Positions 54,258-56,026 of a stretch of DNA of 56,026 bases are shown here, one piece after another. Source of the DNA: a virus (lineage: Duplodnaviria; Caudoviricetes); IMG/VR virus record IMGVR_UViG_3300025128_000046, positions 1-56,026 of that record; one strand, given 5' to 3'. Every line of letters begins with the position of its first letter. Positions within the stretch are counted from its first letter, which is position 1. The position numbers and the translations under genes are program-made. Below the pieces are notes generated by a model. The model was not told the origin of the DNA and did no database searches. It worked only from the letters and a program-made list of their open reading frames with translations.

Positions 54258-55253
54258 CTATTTAAGATCGTTTACCATTACTGCATCAACTTTATCAGTA
54301 GCTCTTACAGAGAATACTAATAAGTTTACTGCTCCTCCCGCAGGTGTTACAACTGGATCAGAACCTCCTGCAAATTGAAATACAGAATTATAGCCTAGAG
54401 TATGACCTCCTCCAGAATTTTGAATACAATAGATATGTCCTGTCTGTCCTACTGTTAAATTAGTAGGGGCTGCTAATGTTCTATCACCACCTAGAGTTAC
54501 TAAGAATTGATTGTTGGTTGCCATATTCATTACAATACTTGCTGCATCTGCAATCGTTGTTATTGTTTGGTGTACAGGTGCATCATCAAGTGATACGGCT
54601 CCTTCAAGAAGTATTGTACTTTTATTAACTTGTGCGCCTTCTACTGTCACAGTACTTTTAAAATTAGCTGCTCCTGATACAGTAACCGTTGAAGCAAACT
54701 TAGCCGCACCTTCTACAGATACAGCAGCTTTAAAAGTACCTGCTCCTGCCACTGTTACAGTACCTGCTATTTGAGCATTATTACCTACAAATAAATTATC
54801 AGCTATACAAACATTATTAGGTAAAAGATTAGCACTTCTTACTGAAGTTCCATCACAGACTACATGTTGAAATGTAGTAGAAGACCTTCCTAAAGTAACA
54901 CCAGTATTACCTGCTACTCGCATCATGACTACATTGCTATCAGCATTAGCAGATACTTTATTTAATATAGAATATGATTTAGTATTGCTAGGTACAACAA
55001 GAAAGATTGAAGTTGCTACTCCTCCTACTGATCCTTTGATTTCTAAGAAAGCAGATCGTGATTGATCATCAGCACCATCGTTAGCTGTTAAATTTACTGT
55101 TGCAGCACTACCAATAGATACAGTAGTATAACCTGCTATTGCTTCATCAGCAAGACTAATGACACCATCATTTAGAACCTGACCCCAACTATTAGGGTTG
55201 TCTCCATCACCCTGCTTAGTCAGCCTTAAATTAGTTGTGTATGTACTTGCCAT
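54258..55253 (-). CDS. Tail fibre / tail-associated protein
   Basis: 331 aa; MASTYTTNLRL..QGDG.N..WG N-terminus; STVTV.GA..F repeats shared with the fibre at 2-2899. Confidence 0.75.
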   Translation of the reverse strand: MASTYTTNLRLTKQGDGDNPNSWGQVLNDGVISLADEAIAGYTTVSIGSAATVNLTANDGADDQSRSAFLEIKGSVGGVATSIFLVVPSNTKSYSILNKVSANADSNVVMMRVAGNTGVTLGRSSTTFQHVVCDGTSVRSANLLPNNVCIADNLFVGNNAQIAGTVTVAGAGTFKAAVSVEGAAKFASTVTVSGAANFKSTVTVEGAQVNKSTILLEGAVSLDDAPVHQTITTIADAASIVMNMATNNQFLVTLGGDRTLAAPTNLTVGQTGHIYCIQNSGGGHTLGYNSVFQFAGGSDPVVTPAGGAVNLLVFSVRATDKVDAVMVNDLK

Positions 55254-55289
55254 TTAACATCTCCTGATATAATATCCATAACATTTTAA

Positions 55290-56018
55290 TTATCCTTGTG
55301 TACCTGTAATTGTACCATTGTCTGTAGTTGTTACTGTATTAGAATTTTTTCTAACTGCATATCCTGCAGCACCACCAGTACCACCATTACCTCTTGTCTC
55401 TCCTTGTGACGCATTAGCACCATTACTTCCTGCTGCACCATAATCACCACCATTACCACCAGCACCTGAAGTTGCAACTACAGCACCTCCGTCATCAGTT
55501 ACTGCAGGACCACCATTTGTAGCAGCATTAGTACCAGCACCATTACCACCAAGACCGCCAAAAGCCGCTGCTGTTTCATTATCATCTTCATCATTAGCAC
55601 CACCTCCACCGCCGCCACCACCGCCACCTGCGAGGACAGAGCCACCAGAGTTTACGATAAGAGTAGCATTACAAGCAAATGACATAGCATCACCACCAGC
55701 ACCACCATTACCACCATGATTAGCACTTGCTTGATTACTAGCATCTCCCCTAGCACCACCAGTACCACCATAACCTTTAATAGCACCACTAATATAAATT
55801 AGTACTGTATGTATACTTCCAATAGTACCTGTCTGCCATGCAGGAGTTGCTGTTCCTGTAGAAGCAGCAGATGTTACAGTAACACCAGAGTTTAACCTAT
55901 AGTTAATAATTGTTGGTGTGTCATTATCAAAACCTGCTGCATCCAACAAAGTTCTGAGATTAACATTCTCAGCATCAGATGATGTAGTGATATCAATACC
56001 ACCACCCATAGCCATCAT
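55290..56018 (-). CDS. Gly-rich tail tip / receptor-binding adhesin-like protein (5' end possibly outside window)
   Basis: Multiple GGxGG tracts, reminiscent of T-even gp38-type adhesins; frame is open to the window edge. Confidence 0.65.
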   Translation of the reverse strand: MMAMGGGIDITTSSDAENVNLRTLLDAAGFDNDTPTIINYRLNSGVTVTSAASTGTATPAWQTGTIGSIHTVLIYISGAIKGYGGTGGARGDASNQASANHGGNGGAGGDAMSFACNATLIVNSGGSVLAGGGGGGGGGGANDEDDNETAAAFGGLGGNGAGTNAATNGGPAVTDDGGAVVATSGAGGNGGDYGAAGSNGANASQGETRGNGGTGGAAGYAVRKNSNTVTTTDNGTITGTQG

Positions 56019-56026
56019 AACACTTC

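Overview
The window is most of the genome of an AT-rich tailed phage with podovirus-like architecture. It looks circularly permuted, because both window ends fall inside the minus-strand tail module. The host is probably an alphaproteobacterium, inferred from a GcrA-like gene. Minus strand 1-19.75 kb: terL, a separately promoted three-gene cassette (holin-like membrane protein, HlyC-family acyltransferase, 906-aa repeat protein), portal, GroES-like chaperonin, scaffold, major capsid, adaptors, a cluster of very basic small proteins and a truncated tail fibre. 19.76-20.35 kb: a hairpin-dense non-coding switch region, probably the physical genome end. Plus strand 20.36-42.3 kb: many small early genes punctuated by six related hairpins, a pseudoknot ahead of the GcrA-like gene, a DNA methylase, T7-like primase-helicase, family A polymerase, SSB, exonuclease, class Ia RNR, a glycosyltransferase/methyltransferase/MAF module, holin, cupin and terS. 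Minus strand 42.4-56 kb: tail, internal virion/ejection proteins and an M15 endolysin. I saw no RNA polymerase, integrase, tRNA or CRISPR array. The best candidates for undescribed biology are (1) the phage HlyC acyltransferase with its adjacent putative substrate, (2) the covarying tandem-GA hairpin family in the early region, (3) a shared (K/R)xxGGx(V/I) motif across six late proteins, and (4) the pseudoknot upstream of the GcrA-like gene. All family assignments come from motif recognition by eye, not database searches.
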